Shown in pieces: positions 1 through 12,089 of a stretch of DNA of 64,000 bases (position 1 is its first letter; each line of letters opens with the position of its first letter). This DNA is from Octopus vulgaris (lineage: Eukaryota). The notes under the pieces are model-generated. The model saw only the letters and a list, made by a program, of their open reading frames with translations. It was not told the DNA's origin and searched no databases. The translations under genes and the position numbers were made by a program. The stretch spans positions 161,882,001 through 161,946,000 of the forward strand of contig OX597815.1 of assembly GCA_951406725.2 (NCBI GenBank), read 5' to 3'.

Positions 1-187
1 AGGTCAAAATGATTGTTGTGATTAACAAAGAATCTCATGAATTCCACTCTGCCTCTCATTTGTGATAAATAGATATCACACACACACACACACACATATA
101 TATATAAATGTAGATATATATACATACACACACACACCAACACACATATACATATAAATATATACACATGCACACACACACACTCAC

Positions 188-241
<54 letters not shown>

Positions 242-304
242 TTGAAACATATGGTTTCATTATAAACAGGGCAAATTTTAGCTATTTCTCTGCAGACTGA
301 AAAT

Positions 305-368
305 ATGATGATCAACCTTAATTGATTTTCGAACCTTATTGAGTTCTCATCAGAGGTGTCAGCATCAT
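305..368 (-). ncRNA. Type I hammerhead ribozyme (minimal, Penelope/retrozyme type), intact core
   Basis: Minus strand reads acct-CUGAUGA-gaac[ucaauaag]guuc-GAAA-aucaau-UA-aggu. Stem I is acct/aggt, extended by atgatg/catcat beyond an internal loop. Stem III is a near-palindrome (atcaat vs atcgat). Confidence 0.8.
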
Positions 369-402
369 TCTGACAGTTTCCAGAAAAACAAGCAGCCAAA
401 CT

Positions 403-600
403 CTTTTACTTGTTTCAGTCATTTGACTGTGAGGCCATCTGGAGCACCACCTTTAGTCAACTAAATTGACTTATTCTTTGTAAGCCTAGTACTTATTCTA
501 TCAGTCACTTTTTGCCAAACCGCTAAGTGATGGGGATGTAAACACACCAACATCAGTTGTCAAGTGATGGTGGAGGTACAAACAAAGACACAACAACAAA
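403..600 (-). mobile_element. SINE family A, 3' portion
   Basis: Reverse complement of the family A tail (cagtcaaatgactgaaacaagtaaaag) and body seen at 5519-5950 and 35507-35920. Confidence 0.8.
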
Positions 601-634
601 CACATATATACATGTAAATGTATACATATGTATC

Positions 635-742
635 ATCATCATCATCATCATCATCGTTTAACGTCCGTTTTCCGTGCTAGCACGGGTTGAAAGGTTCGAC
701 CGGGGTCTGGGAAGCCAGGGGCTGCTCCAGGCTCCAGTCTCT
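635..742 (-). mobile_element. RTE-type LINE 3' end fragment
   Basis: Reverse complement of the (c)aacccgtgctagcacggaaaacggacgttaaacgat(gat)n tail shared with 53850-54475. Confidence 0.75.
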
Positions 743-762
743 CCTCATCCATCCGCAGCATG

Positions 763-812
<50 letters not shown>

Positions 813-814
<2 letters not shown>

Positions 815-1142
815 GGTGCATGGCTCAGTGGTTAGAGCATCGAGCTTACAATCGTGAGGTTGTGAGTTCGAATCCTTGACTGGGCTGTGTGTTGTGTTCT
901 TGAGCAAGACATTTTATTTCATGTTGCTCCAGTTCACTTAGATGTAGAAATGAGTTGCGATGTCACAGGCTCCAAGCTGTATCAGCTGTTGCCTTTCCCT
1001 TGCATAACACTGGTGTGAAGAGGGGAGGCCGGTATGCATGGGCAACTGCTGGTCTTCCATAAACACCCTTGCCCAGACTTGTGTCTGGGAGGGTAACTTC
1101 CTAGGTGCAATCTCACAGTTAGTCATGACCGAAAGGCGTCTC
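813..1142 (+). mobile_element. tRNA-derived SINE, group C (CORE-like body)
   Basis: Pol III A box (tggctcagtgg) and B box (gttcgaatcc), then a gttgtgttcttgagcaag body shared with 20863 and 41590. Ends in (TA)n. Confidence 0.8.
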
Positions 1143-1177
<35 letters not shown>

Positions 1178-1697
1178 CATACACTCATATATATATATAT
1201 ACCCATATATACATACATATACGTGTGTGTGTGTGTATGTGTGTATATACAATAGGTTTCTTTCAGTTTCCATCTACCAAATCCACTCACAAGGCATTGG
1301 TCAGCCTAAGACTATAGTAGATGACACTTGCCCAAGGTGCCACGCAGCTTGCCATTTCCTTTGATTTCTAGATAGACAAAAAAACAATAAAAATTTTATT
1401 ACACAGAGTTATTAAAATAAAAATAAACAATAAAAAATTCTCTGTTGCACACATGGCTAATTCTGCCAACACCTTTGCATGTCATATAGTGAGGTATGAG
1501 AAATATAACTGTTCAGGCATAAAGTTATGTATTGTTCTACTCTTGTCATTTCCCTAGGTGCATGTAAACAGATATTTGTAATAATTTTTCACAGAGAATG
1601 CTTATGTATGTGTGAATAAACAGCTTAACTTTTGAATGTTATAGGTATTATATATCCATGAATGTTCAGCACTTTTACACTCTACACTCCACCACTC

Positions 1698-1736
<39 letters not shown>

Positions 1737-1909
1737 ACTCTCTTACTCTTAGAAGCAAACATAAGAAGCAAAGAAGTTCTAAGAAATGCATCTGACCAAT
1801 TTGTTCTTGATAATATACAATTATTAACTTGTTAATTTCCATTTTCTTTTCTTCGTATATATATATATATACACATACACACACACACACATACACACAC
1901 ATATATATA

Positions 1910-2420
1910 TAAGGTTAGTAGAGTTAGAGGTTGGAATAACTGTCTAAGGGATAGGAATATCCGTTTTCCTACCAGTATAAATTACCTATGTTAACCTTGG
2001 GCATACATATGCAAGCATATTATGGTCATAGGATACAGGCAATAACAAAGATAAACAAGAGTTTATCATGAATTAAATTTAAATCAAATAGAAAATGGAG
2101 AAATCTTGATCAGCAGCAATTGACTACAATCAATTATTACTTTTTAATACTAAAAGTTTATCCCATCTAACAACCGTTTCTGCTTCTTCTCTTTTCTTTT
2201 ATCTTATATATTTTTCTTCACTCTAATGAAGCTCCATGTTCCAGATTGGAAGTGCTACTAAATAGGACGAATATTATTCTCAGAATTTTCTTTGGCAACA
2301 CTGTAGGACATTGGAAGCAGAAACGGCTGTTAGGTGGGATAAACTTTTAGTATTAGAAAATAATAACCGATGGAAGTCAATTGATGTTGATCAAGATTTC
2401 TCCATTTTCTTCTTAATTTT
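1910..2420 (+). mobile_element. Penelope-like remnant with ~95-bp inverted repeat and degenerate hammerhead
   Basis: 2090-2186 is the reverse complement of 2314-2410. Hammerhead-like CUAAUGA...GAAA-cggcug-UU-aggug at 2219-2336. Flanked by (TA)n. Confidence 0.6.
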
Positions 2421-2423
2421 TAT

Positions 2424-2464
<41 letters not shown>

Positions 2465-2774
2465 TGTATGTATTTATCATCGCCATTATCACTTAGCATC
2501 TGTTTTCTATGCTGATATAGGTCAGACAGTTTTACAGAATCCAGCAACTCAGAAGAGCATGCCAAGGGCATCCATGCAATAGAAACCATATCAGAGTAGA
2601 CTTTGGATCCAATGTCTGCTTTTGCAGTTTCTCTTTGCTTAAATGCCCATCTTAATGCAGGCTACTTTAGAGAATATTTTTGGTGCTTTTTTTTTGGGGG
2701 GGGGGGCACCAACATATGTGAGTTCAACAAATAACTTATAAGGAAATGGAGCAACCCCTATGACTGAGTTGGAT

Positions 2775-3200
2775 GGTAGTAGAGGAGAATGTAGTAGGGG
2801 AGTTTGTAGTAAAGGTGATTGTAGCACAGGAGATTGTAGTAGAGGAAATTTTAGTAGAGGGGATTGTAATAAAGGAGATTGTAGTAATGGAGATTGTAGT
2901 ACAGGAGATTGTAGTAGAGGTGATTGTAGTAGAGGGTATTGTAGTAGAAAGGATTGTAGTAGAGGGGATTATAGTAGAGGAGATTGTAGTAGGGGAGATT
3001 GTAGTAGAGGGGATTGTAGTAGAGGAGATTGTAGTAGAGGAGATTGTAGTAGAGGAGATTGTAGCAGAGGTGATTGTAGTAGAGGTTATTGTAGTAGAGG
3101 GGATTGTAGTAGGGGAGATTGTAGTAGAGGAGATTGTAGTAGAAGAGATTGTAGTAGAGGGGATTGTAGTAGAAGAGATTGTAGTAGAGACAATTTTAGT
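2775..3200 (+). repeat. 15-bp minisatellite (GGAGATTGTAGTAGA)n, about 28 units
   Basis: Directly visible tandem array, open in two reading frames (RGDCS and EIVVE repeats). Confidence 0.95.
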
Positions 3201-4457
3201 AATGGTCCTACATAAAAAGCACCCAGCACACTCTCTAAAGTGGTTGGCATTTGGAAGAGCATCTGAGTGTAGAAACTAAGTCAAATCAGACTGTAACCTG
3301 GTGCAGCTCGCCTGCTTGCCAGCTCTGGTCACAATGTCCAACCCATGCCAGCATGGAAAACAGACATTAAAGGATGATGATGAGGGACAGGCGAAGATAT
3401 TTTACTATAGAAGAGATACATGGCTGCTTTGTATTATAAAGGAGTGGGTAGGAGTAGCTGCAAAAATGATAAAGATGTTGGTGACAAGGTATCAGAGCAT
3501 ATTCTCAAAGTACAAGGTGGGTGTAAGAAAGAATAAAGGCTGAAGATGGGCAAGTGAAGATGGATAAGTTTATAGGAGTAGCAGTGAAACTAGCAGATGA
3601 TATACAATGGTGGAAGTGTGGTTAATGGTAAATATCAGAATGTGTGGCGGGAGATAACAGAAATAGTTCAGAAAGGTGGAGGTGATAAGTGGTAATACAG
3701 GAAGAGTGGAGAGCAATAGTATAATGATAAATCTGTAAATAAACTGGAAAAGAGGGAAATGGTGTGTGAGGTGGGACAGTGTAGGGAGGGAGAGATAGAG
3801 AGAGAAGAGGAAAGAGAGTGACAGATGTACAGGGAGAGAAATGGAGGTTAGAGGTACATAGTGATGACTATAGAGAGTGGGAGAACAGTGTTAAAAAGCA
3901 CTAAAATATGCCATGAGCAGACAGAGCTTATCCAACAGAAGTGGTGGCATTGCTAAAAGTACATTTCTTCCTCCTTGCGCTTCATCAGTGGCAAGTATAC
4001 ACTGGTAACTGTATGCTAACACAAAATTATATATGTCTATAAAAAATATTAACCCAAGACAAATACTGCAGTAAATTAGGTTTTTGATCATGTATATTCT
4101 TTGTATTCTCTAAGTATGATATGCAGATTGCTATTTTAAACTAATACTGCTTTTGACACACATAATGAATTTTTTCAGCCTGCCAGCTAATTGTGACAGT
4201 GATTTTCTAATCACTGTTTTATTTTATCTTTAACAGTAGAGTTTGTCTCGGCATGTGATTGCCAGTAGATATTTGCTACAAACAAACCTCAAAGAAGCAC
4301 AAATATACATTTAGCAATGCCACCACCACTACTGAAGAATTTTCCTCTGCTGCTTATATATTTTTATGTATTTTAATACTGCACATCTGTAAGAGATACT
4401 ATCTTAGAATGAATACCATCGTTAATTAGGCTTTACAGCTCTTGTCACTCATAACGA

Positions 4458-4500
<43 letters not shown>

Positions 4501-4565
4501 ATAGAAATGGTAAGACAACAAAAGAATGGAAGAGACCTCGATATTATGTAAATAGAGGAATTATC

Positions 4566-4666
4566 TGTAAATGTAATATGTGACAATTATTTAGTAGCCA
4601 TGATAAAACTCCAAAACTCGGAGTTTTATCATGGCTGCCAAATAATTATAACATATTACATTTACA
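4566..4666. repeat. Near-perfect fold-back (~47-bp arms) in a (TA)n-flanked repeat
   Basis: tgtaaatgtaatatg...gccatgataaaactcc pairs with ggagttttatcatggc...catattacatttaca around a 7-nt loop. Confidence 0.85.
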
Positions 4667-4826
4667 TATATATATATATATAATTATATCTATCTTTGTT
4701 TGAATTACATAATAGCTTTTCTCTAATTTATATATATTATATATTTATTTTGTGAAATTTGATTTAATACTAAATTGAATTTTTCCCTGTAAGTTTGGAG
4801 TTATACTCCCTAATATTATTATTATC

Positions 4827-4868
<42 letters not shown>

Positions 4869-4884
4869 TTATATATATATATAT

Positions 4885-5180
4885 ACCTGAGTAAACACAT
4901 AAATGTGAAACAAGATGGGTAAAATATAGTACTTGAATACTGGAGGTAGAGTAATGTGCTTTATTATTAAAGTTGCAAAAACATCACAAAAAAAAACTGC
5001 AACTCAGAATTTCAGAGTTTTATGTTCCCATTCATTGGGTGGTGGTAATCAAGAATGGAGTAAGAATTGTGATTTTTATTCCATTCTTGACCACAACTGC
5101 CTAACAAATGGGAACGTGAAACTCTGAGTAGCAGTTCTTTGTGATATTTTTGTGATGCTTTTGCAGCTTTAATCATAAAG
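4885..5180 (+). mobile_element. Penelope-like fold-back repeat with degenerate hammerhead
   Basis: 4960-5180 folds back on itself. aacugc-CUAACAA-aug[ggaa]cgu-GAAA-cucugag-UA-gcaguu at 5095-5136. Same family at 46668-46850. Confidence 0.65.
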
Positions 5181-5197
5181 TATATATATATATATAG

Positions 5198-5512
5198 GCG
5201 TGGAGGCGCAATGGTCCAGTGGTTAGGGCAGCGGACTCGCAGTCATAGGATCGCGGTTTCAATTCCCAGACCGGGCGTTGTGAGTGTTTATTGAGCGAAA
5301 ACACCTAAAGCTCCACGAAGCTCCGGCAGGGGGTGGTGGCGATCCCTGCTGTACTCTTTCGCCACAACTTTCTCTCACTCTTTCTTCTGTCGGCCTGCTC
5401 ACTTAGCCAGCGGGGTGGCGTCATTTGAAGGCTAAAACAATGCGAAGCACATTGTGACCAGCGATGTGTAGCAACATCTGATAGCCTGGTCGGTCATGGT
5501 GATCACGGTGAT
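5198..5512 (+). mobile_element. tRNA-derived SINE, group C variant
   Basis: A box tggtccagtgg and B box gtttcaattcc. Head and body shared with 27300-27610 (minus). Confidence 0.8.
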
Positions 5513-5518
5513 ATATAT

Positions 5519-5682
5519 AGGCACAGTGGTGGCTGTGCAGTAAGAAGATTGTTTCCCAACTAGATAATTCTGGATTCAGTCCTACTGTGTGGCACCTTGG
5601 GTAAGTGTCTTCTACTATAGCCTCGGGCCAACTAAAGTCTTGTGAGTTGATTTGGTAGACAGAAACTGAAAGAAGTCTGTTG

Positions 5683-5733
<51 letters not shown>

Positions 5734-5949
5734 TTATATGTATTTGTCTGTCTATGTTTGTCCCCCACCACCATTGCTTGACAATCGATGTCGGTGTGTT
5801 TATGTTACTTTAACTTAGCAGCTCAGTAAAAGAGAATGATAGAATAAGTACTAGGCTTACAAAGAATAAGTCCTCGGATCAATTTGTTCAATTAAAGGCG
5901 ATACTTCAGCATGGCCACAGTCAAATGACTGAAACAAGTAAAAGAAAAA

Positions 5950-5950
<1 letters not shown>
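5519..5950 (+). mobile_element. SINE family A, full length (tRNA head, CORE-like gcaccttgggcaagt, internal microsatellite)
   Basis: More than 20 copies or fragments in the window share head, body and tail. Probably one of the published octopus SINE families, but the name cannot be verified here. Confidence 0.85.
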
Positions 5951-5988
<38 letters not shown>

Positions 5989-6724
5989 ACATATATACAC
6001 ATACGTGTGTGTGTGTGTTAAAGCAATGTTATTATTTTAGAGCAAGTTTAAGAATAACAACAGACAATTTACTGATGGGGGTGACTCAATACTCTGATTA
6101 GAATAAAATTTATTATGAAGATCAAGTAGACTAAAAGTTCAAGTTTCTGCTATCAACTTGTTCAACCAAACTGGTTCAAGATGATGAAACTGGAAGCCTT
6201 AGTCAATCTGGGTAAGAAAGGAGGAATGAATGACTAAATGTATGTATGTTGTTTGTAATGTATATTGGTATGTATATATGTAGGCGTCAGTGTGTATGTT
6301 GCTTGGATGTAATGTATAAGGATATAAAGTACAGCTAATGCAAAGAGACACGTGAAAATAAAATGAAGCCACATAATGAAATAAATTCACATTATATATT
6401 CTATGTTTGGACACAATCATCATTCTAGCAATCAAACATTGACAGGGCCATTAGGGATAAGAAACAGGACTGGAAATGTGGTGGTAGCAGGCAACTGTAT
6501 CAGATAGTCAGAAGGGAAGCTAGGAGACAGGTTTACTTAGCTAGTGGAGAAGCAGACGTTTATAGACATACACTTTTGTCTTCAGAACTGCAAGGACACT
6601 CAGTCACATGAGTGTGTTTTTGAGCATATACACTTTGGTATCGGAACAAATGATATACAGAAACAGATAAAATACCAAAAACACAAATATTCTTTATTTG
6701 CTTTGTATTTTTATTTCAATATTT

Positions 6725-7140
6725 TGTTCTTGTTACTTGTTTCAGTCATTTGACTGCGGCCATGCTGGAGCACCGCCTTTAGTCGAGCAACTCGACCCCG
6801 GGACTTATTCTTTGTAAGCCCAGTACTTATTCTATCAGTCTCTTTTGCCGAACCGCTAAGTGACGGGGACGTAAACACACCAGCATCGGTTGTCAAGCAA
6901 TGCTAAGGGGACAAACACAGACACACAAACATATACACACACTTATATATATATATATATATATACATATATACGACAGGCTTCTTTCAGTTTCCGTCTA
7001 CCAAATCCACTCACAAGGCATTGGTCAGCCCGGGGCTATAGCAGAAGACACTTGCCCAAGATGCCACACAGTGGGACTGAACCTGGAACCATGTGTTTGG
7101 TTAGCAAGCTACTTACCACCCAGCCACTCCTGCGCCTATA
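6725..7140 (-). mobile_element. SINE family A, full length
   Basis: Reverse complement of the family A consensus over ~415 bp. Confidence 0.85.
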
Positions 7141-7602
7141 TGTAGCTAAATTTTATCTAGAAGTGTTGTCTACCATTTAAATTTGGTGCTAGAATTGCAG
7201 ATGGTATCACAGTAATGCACCAGCTCCAGAATTCCATCTCCAAAGAGGTAAAGTTTGTAAGAAAAACCAAAACTTTCTACAGTAACTCCAGTTCAGTTTT
7301 TGTGCATATTTTCACCTGTGATCGTAAATGCTAAGTAATGGCCAAAAGAGTATGACTGCAAATACGAGCCGCCAAAGTGGGATTCCTTTGAATGATCTCT
7401 GGAGTAACATTGATACTGTGTGTATCTGGGAGAACAAGGGGTCTCTCCATATCAAGCCACTGCTTTTTTTAGCATTGAAAGGTCACAGCTCTAGTGTTAT
7501 AGATGTGTACTTTGAACACTACAGAGAAGAACTGCAAGATGGATTCTTCAAGCCGAGCTAACTGGCAGCCGACCTAGAGGTAGACCAAGACAGGCGACTG
7601 GA

Positions 7603-8000
7603 TAGGTGTGGTTGTGTGGTAGGAAGCTTGCTTCTCAATCACATGGTTCCAGGTTCAGCCCCACTGCATGGCACCTCAGGCAAGTGTCTTCTACTATAGC
7701 CTCAGGCAGTCTTGTGAGTGGATTTAGTAAACAGAAACTTAAAGAATCCCATCATATATACATAATATATATGTATATCTGTCTGTCTTTGTGTGTCTGT
7801 CTGCCCACTACCACTTAACAACCACTGTTGGTGAGTTTATGTCCCTGTAACCGAGCAGTTTAGCAAAAGGCTCTGGTAGAATAAGTACGAGGCTTAAAAA
7901 GAATAAATATTGGGTGTTGATTTATTTGACTAAAAGATTTTCAAGGTGGTGCCCCAGTATGGCCACAGTCTAATTGATGATTGAAACAAGTAAAAGATAA
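7603..8000 (+). mobile_element. SINE family A, inserted in decayed RTE-like sequence
   Basis: Family A head to tail. The upstream flank ends in a GRPR-like motif (ggtagaccaaga). Confidence 0.75.
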
Positions 8001-8718
8001 AAAAAAATAACAGCCTCAGTTGGTCACACCAAAAAAAATCTAATGATTTTGTGGGAAAAGATCACAAGACAGATTCCTCTAATAGAGCAAGAAGGAGATG
8101 ATTGAATAGTATCCCTAATCACAGTTGGTCATGCTTGGGAATCTGGCCAGAAAGTCTAATGATGGTTTCTTCTGATAGGACCCTATGGAGGGGGAGTCTG
8201 AAGATTCTACAACCCTCCCAGGAATAGTGAGCAGAGAAGATGGATCGATGTATGGGTTCTAATTTTCTATATTTTTATATCATCATCCTCGTCATTATCA
8301 TCATTATCATTTAACATCCACCTTTTATACAGGCACAGCTTGGACAGTTTGACAAGAGCCAACCAGGCAGAAGACTACCCTAGGCTACTGTGTCTGTTTT
8401 GACAGGGTTTTGCTCTAGAGTGGACCGAGTGCTTTTACATGGCACCAGCACAGTCGAGGTCAGTTTTGATATGGTTTTTACAGCTGGATGCCCTTCAAAA
8501 TACCAACCACTTTACAGAGTGAACTGGATGCTTTCTATGCAGCCACAGAAGCACAAGCAGGGTTGCCAAGTAACTTACAAGACAAGGAATTTTGAGAGGA
8601 AAGGGGTCATTGGAGGAGGAAATCTTGTATCAGATGATGAAAGGTTAGAGTGAGACAGAGAGGCACAAACGGGTGTCTTGCTATAAAATAGGTACATAAT
8701 CCTATCAAAAGCAACCAT

Positions 8719-8758
<40 letters not shown>

Positions 8759-8761
<3 letters not shown>

Positions 8762-8975
8762 GGGGCTGCTCAAAAGTTCCTGGTTTGGGGTAAAAGAAAA
8801 TATAGGAGGATCAGTTAATTATGACCTTGTTCAACATACTCCCCTCTCAGATTCACACACTTATTACAATAGTGCTTCAGTTTTTCTAAGCTCTGTAAAA
8901 GAACTTGGAAGATTAGGCCTCCAAACAAGCCTTTCATGATATCCTTAAAGTCAAGAGCTTTTGAGTACCATTTCA
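8759..8975. mobile_element. Non-autonomous mariner-like element (second copy at 24479-24697)
   Basis: Terminal inverted repeat caaggggctgctcaaaagttcctgg. The body is the reverse complement of the 24.5-kb copy. Confidence 0.7.
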
Positions 8976-10840
8976 TAGCAATAATATAATGATTTTACTA
9001 CTGTTTTGGCATAAAGTTAAATTATGCACTTCAAGTAATGAATCTGAAGGGGCTCCTATTTTCCGTAGTGATACTGGTATATTGTCAAGACCCAGTTCCT
9101 TGACACAGCTCTGTAACCCTTCTTTGGTGAAGTCATTTATATCTATAGGTAAGGTTGCTTTTGTAGTAGTAATGGTAGTCTGGAGTATGACATTTAGTGA
9201 CTGTTCAATTCAATTCATAATTTGGTCTTAATTTTGTTTGTTTTTGGTTTTCTATATTCTCTTTCTTCGTGTGTTTTCTTTCAGCACCATTTTGTTTACA
9301 CTGCTTTCCAAAATTGAGTTTTGTGAGAAAAGTAATCAAAGAGCTATCTCAAAGAAATGAAATTTATTTTTAACAATACAGAAGCATTAGTTTATCAATA
9401 ACTGCAACTAAAATCTACAAAATATTGCTTTCAAGAATATGTTTCCATGTATAAAACCATTATCTCCAAATTCTTGCAGCATAACAGCTATTTGACAGTA
9501 TCAAAGATCAGTAAAACATTCGATTCAATCCACCAAATCAAACTGATGCAGATTCTTAAAGTATAGAGTATCCTAGGAACCAACATAAATGCAGTTGCAA
9601 TCTTCAATAGTGAAAGAATTTTGAAAACCTAATTTTGAGAAAAATGTATTAAAATAGGAATTTATAAGAATTTTCTAAACAGTGTAGACTTTAATAATCA
9701 TTGTCTTTTAGTAAAAGATACAAACTCCACCCTAATTGATAAGCTGATTTCTTTATTATAATATAGATTACTAATTTATATACTCTTAAAAACAAGTCTC
9801 AAGTAAGTTCTAGCTTTATTGAATAAATTCTGCAGTACTTTCCCAAACTTATATTCCATCTATAACATGTCATATTTTATATCTATATTTAATACTTTAT
9901 ATTTGTAATTTTTTTTTACTGTATACTTGATCCTTTACAAAGCTCCTCTGGTGATTCTATTATTCCTTGCACAATACCTTCAATAAGATACACATTTAAT
10001 TTCTTGGACTTCTAGTCAAACACAATAGCATGACAAATTTTCTTAGTTGCTAAAAACTGCTGAGAATTCAATGTATTTAGGATACCTCTACAATCATTCA
10101 TCTACACTTTCTTCCAAACTACATATTACTAATATGTAATATTTTTTTCCACACATATCTTCAGACCTATTTATTGAATAGCTACTTCTTGAATACAGTG
10201 CTTGTATATTAATCTGGACTTCTCCATATTATATTCTAATAACATTCTAATTACATATTATTGTGTAATTCATATTTTTCTAAACCTCATTTGGCATCAT
10301 ACCACAAAACACATTTTCATTTTGCTGTGCATTATCTGATCTTATTTTATTTCATTTCATTTCATCCTTTTTTTATTGTAGTTCTTCTCTATATCATTTT
10401 TATAAATTACTTTTGAAGTATCTAATCACATGCCTTGTTATTCTGCTCATAATATATTCAAAGTAACAACTCTGATGAGTTTCTTCAGATTTCTTTTCTT
10501 CTCCCTCTCCTGTTTTTTTTTTATATATATACGTAGCATCAGTTTGTATTATAATAACTACATGTATGAAAATACAAACACAGATTTGTGTGCATACATT
10601 GGTCTCATGCATATATGTGTGCATGAGTTTGCATGTATATATGTGGATTTGTTTGTATGCATGCATTTATGCATCCATACATACATACTTACCTCAGTCA
10701 AACCGTCCAACCCATGCCAGCATGTAAAACGGACGTTAAATGATGATGAGGATGATGATGATTATGATGATGATGATGATGATATATATATATATACACA
10801 CGCACATACTAGCAGAAGCACCCAGCATTGCCCAAGTTAA

Positions 10841-11063
10841 CCCTTTCGTTACCGTATTTATTTTGAGATGCTCTGTGTTTCTTTCAATTAATTTTAAATA
10901 TAGCAAAGAATTTAGTAAAATAACTTAGTTATCATTCAGCTAGTGTTAAGAACATGAATTGTGACTAAGGTTTGGTGGAAGATTTTAATTCAAAACTTTA
11001 TGAAAACAAGACATTTGTACCACTGAGCCAGAGCCAGTTTCAGCTGGATTGGTAATGAAAGGG
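10841..11063. mobile_element. piggyBac-like MITE
   Basis: TTAA on both sides; terminal inverted repeats CCCTTTCGTTACC / GGTAATGAAAGGG. Related ends near 20110 and 40120. Confidence 0.85.
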
Positions 11064-11229
11064 TTAAAGATGATAATGAGATTTCATTCAAAAATTTGAT
11101 AAATGAGTTTTTCTTAATAATTATTGTGATTAGTGATTCTAGCATTACACGCATACCAAATTCTGTGAGATCAGCAAAAATAACACTTGAAATAAAAAAC
11201 ACATCTTTATATACGTTATGAGTTTTTCT

Positions 11230-11638
11230 CAGTGGAATATAATTGTAAATATTTTTTTAACTTCAAACATGTGAGCATTCAGCATACAATTATCCATGAG
11301 AGAAGCAAATTTCCTTTTAATCACAAACCAGTTACTGATAAGGTCTGTCCTTGTGGTTTGTTGATGGGCATTGCAAAACTTACTCTAACTGGAAACTGTA
11401 CTCTTTTAAATTGCACTGGTAAATCAGTAGGTATTAATGGAATTCTAGTAATGAATACATTATCACCTGCTCCACATCCAGAAAGTACAGTAGCTTCTAT
11501 AACATGTGGCATCGTTTTCTTGGTCCATTGCAGAACTGCGTAAGATCTAAATTTCTTAGAAGCATTATAGGTGCTTCAAGTTTCATGACAAGCTTATAAG
11601 GTGGTAAACCTTGTGGTTCCAGTGAGTTTAAAAATTGA
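11230..11638 (-). pseudogene. Helitron RepHel (PIF1-like helicase) C-terminal fragment
   Basis: Frameshifted motifs FLNSLEPQGLPPYKL..APIMLLRNL, IEATVLSG, FITRIPLIPTDLPVQFKRVQFPVRVSFAMPINKPQGQTL are typical of Helitron/PIF1 helicases. Confidence 0.85.
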
Positions 11639-12089
11639 ACCGTCCAACCCATGCTAGCATGGAAAGCGGACGTTAAACGATGATGTTGATGATGATGATG
11701 AATTTACTATTTCTAACTGGTCAACAACAGTGTCAATAGAGCTGTATGATTGGCAGTTTCCTGTATAATTCGATGGCAGCACCACATGACTTGCACTGTG
11801 CTTGTGGTGTGCATTTTTCCCAGTGTGCTAACAATTCTGCCAGCTCATGATCTAAGAAGATATGATATTGATATATTATTAATACAGCTCGTTAGTCTTC
11901 TTATTGCTATTTGTTTTCCAAGTGAGAGGTTTTTATTCCAGTTAACATTGAAAGCACTGAGCTACAGGGCAATTTATTGACAAGGAAGTCAACATAAGGT
12001 CACTACTTTTGCTTGAGTGATTTCATACAATAACAAGGCTCTGGCAGCAGATTTAAAGACTGTATTATTTACATGCCTAGCCTCTAACA

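Noticed and set aside
813-885. tRNA-like sequence with A and B boxes (also at 5205, 20865 and the SINE A/B heads)
   Set aside because: It runs directly into SINE bodies with no proper acceptor stem or terminator, so these are SINE heads rather than tRNA genes.
2775-3200. Regular short repeats as a possible CRISPR array (also the RTE UTR motif repeats)
   Set aside because: The minisatellite has no unique spacers, there are no cas genes, and the context is eukaryotic.
6550-6595. Minus-strand CUGAAGA with a downstream AAACGUC
   Set aside because: No GAAA in register and poor stems; too degenerate to call a hammerhead.
8989-10250. Protein-like minus-strand frames
   Set aside because: Multiple stops and no recognisable motif. 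Possibly very old LINE sequence, but I cannot support a call.
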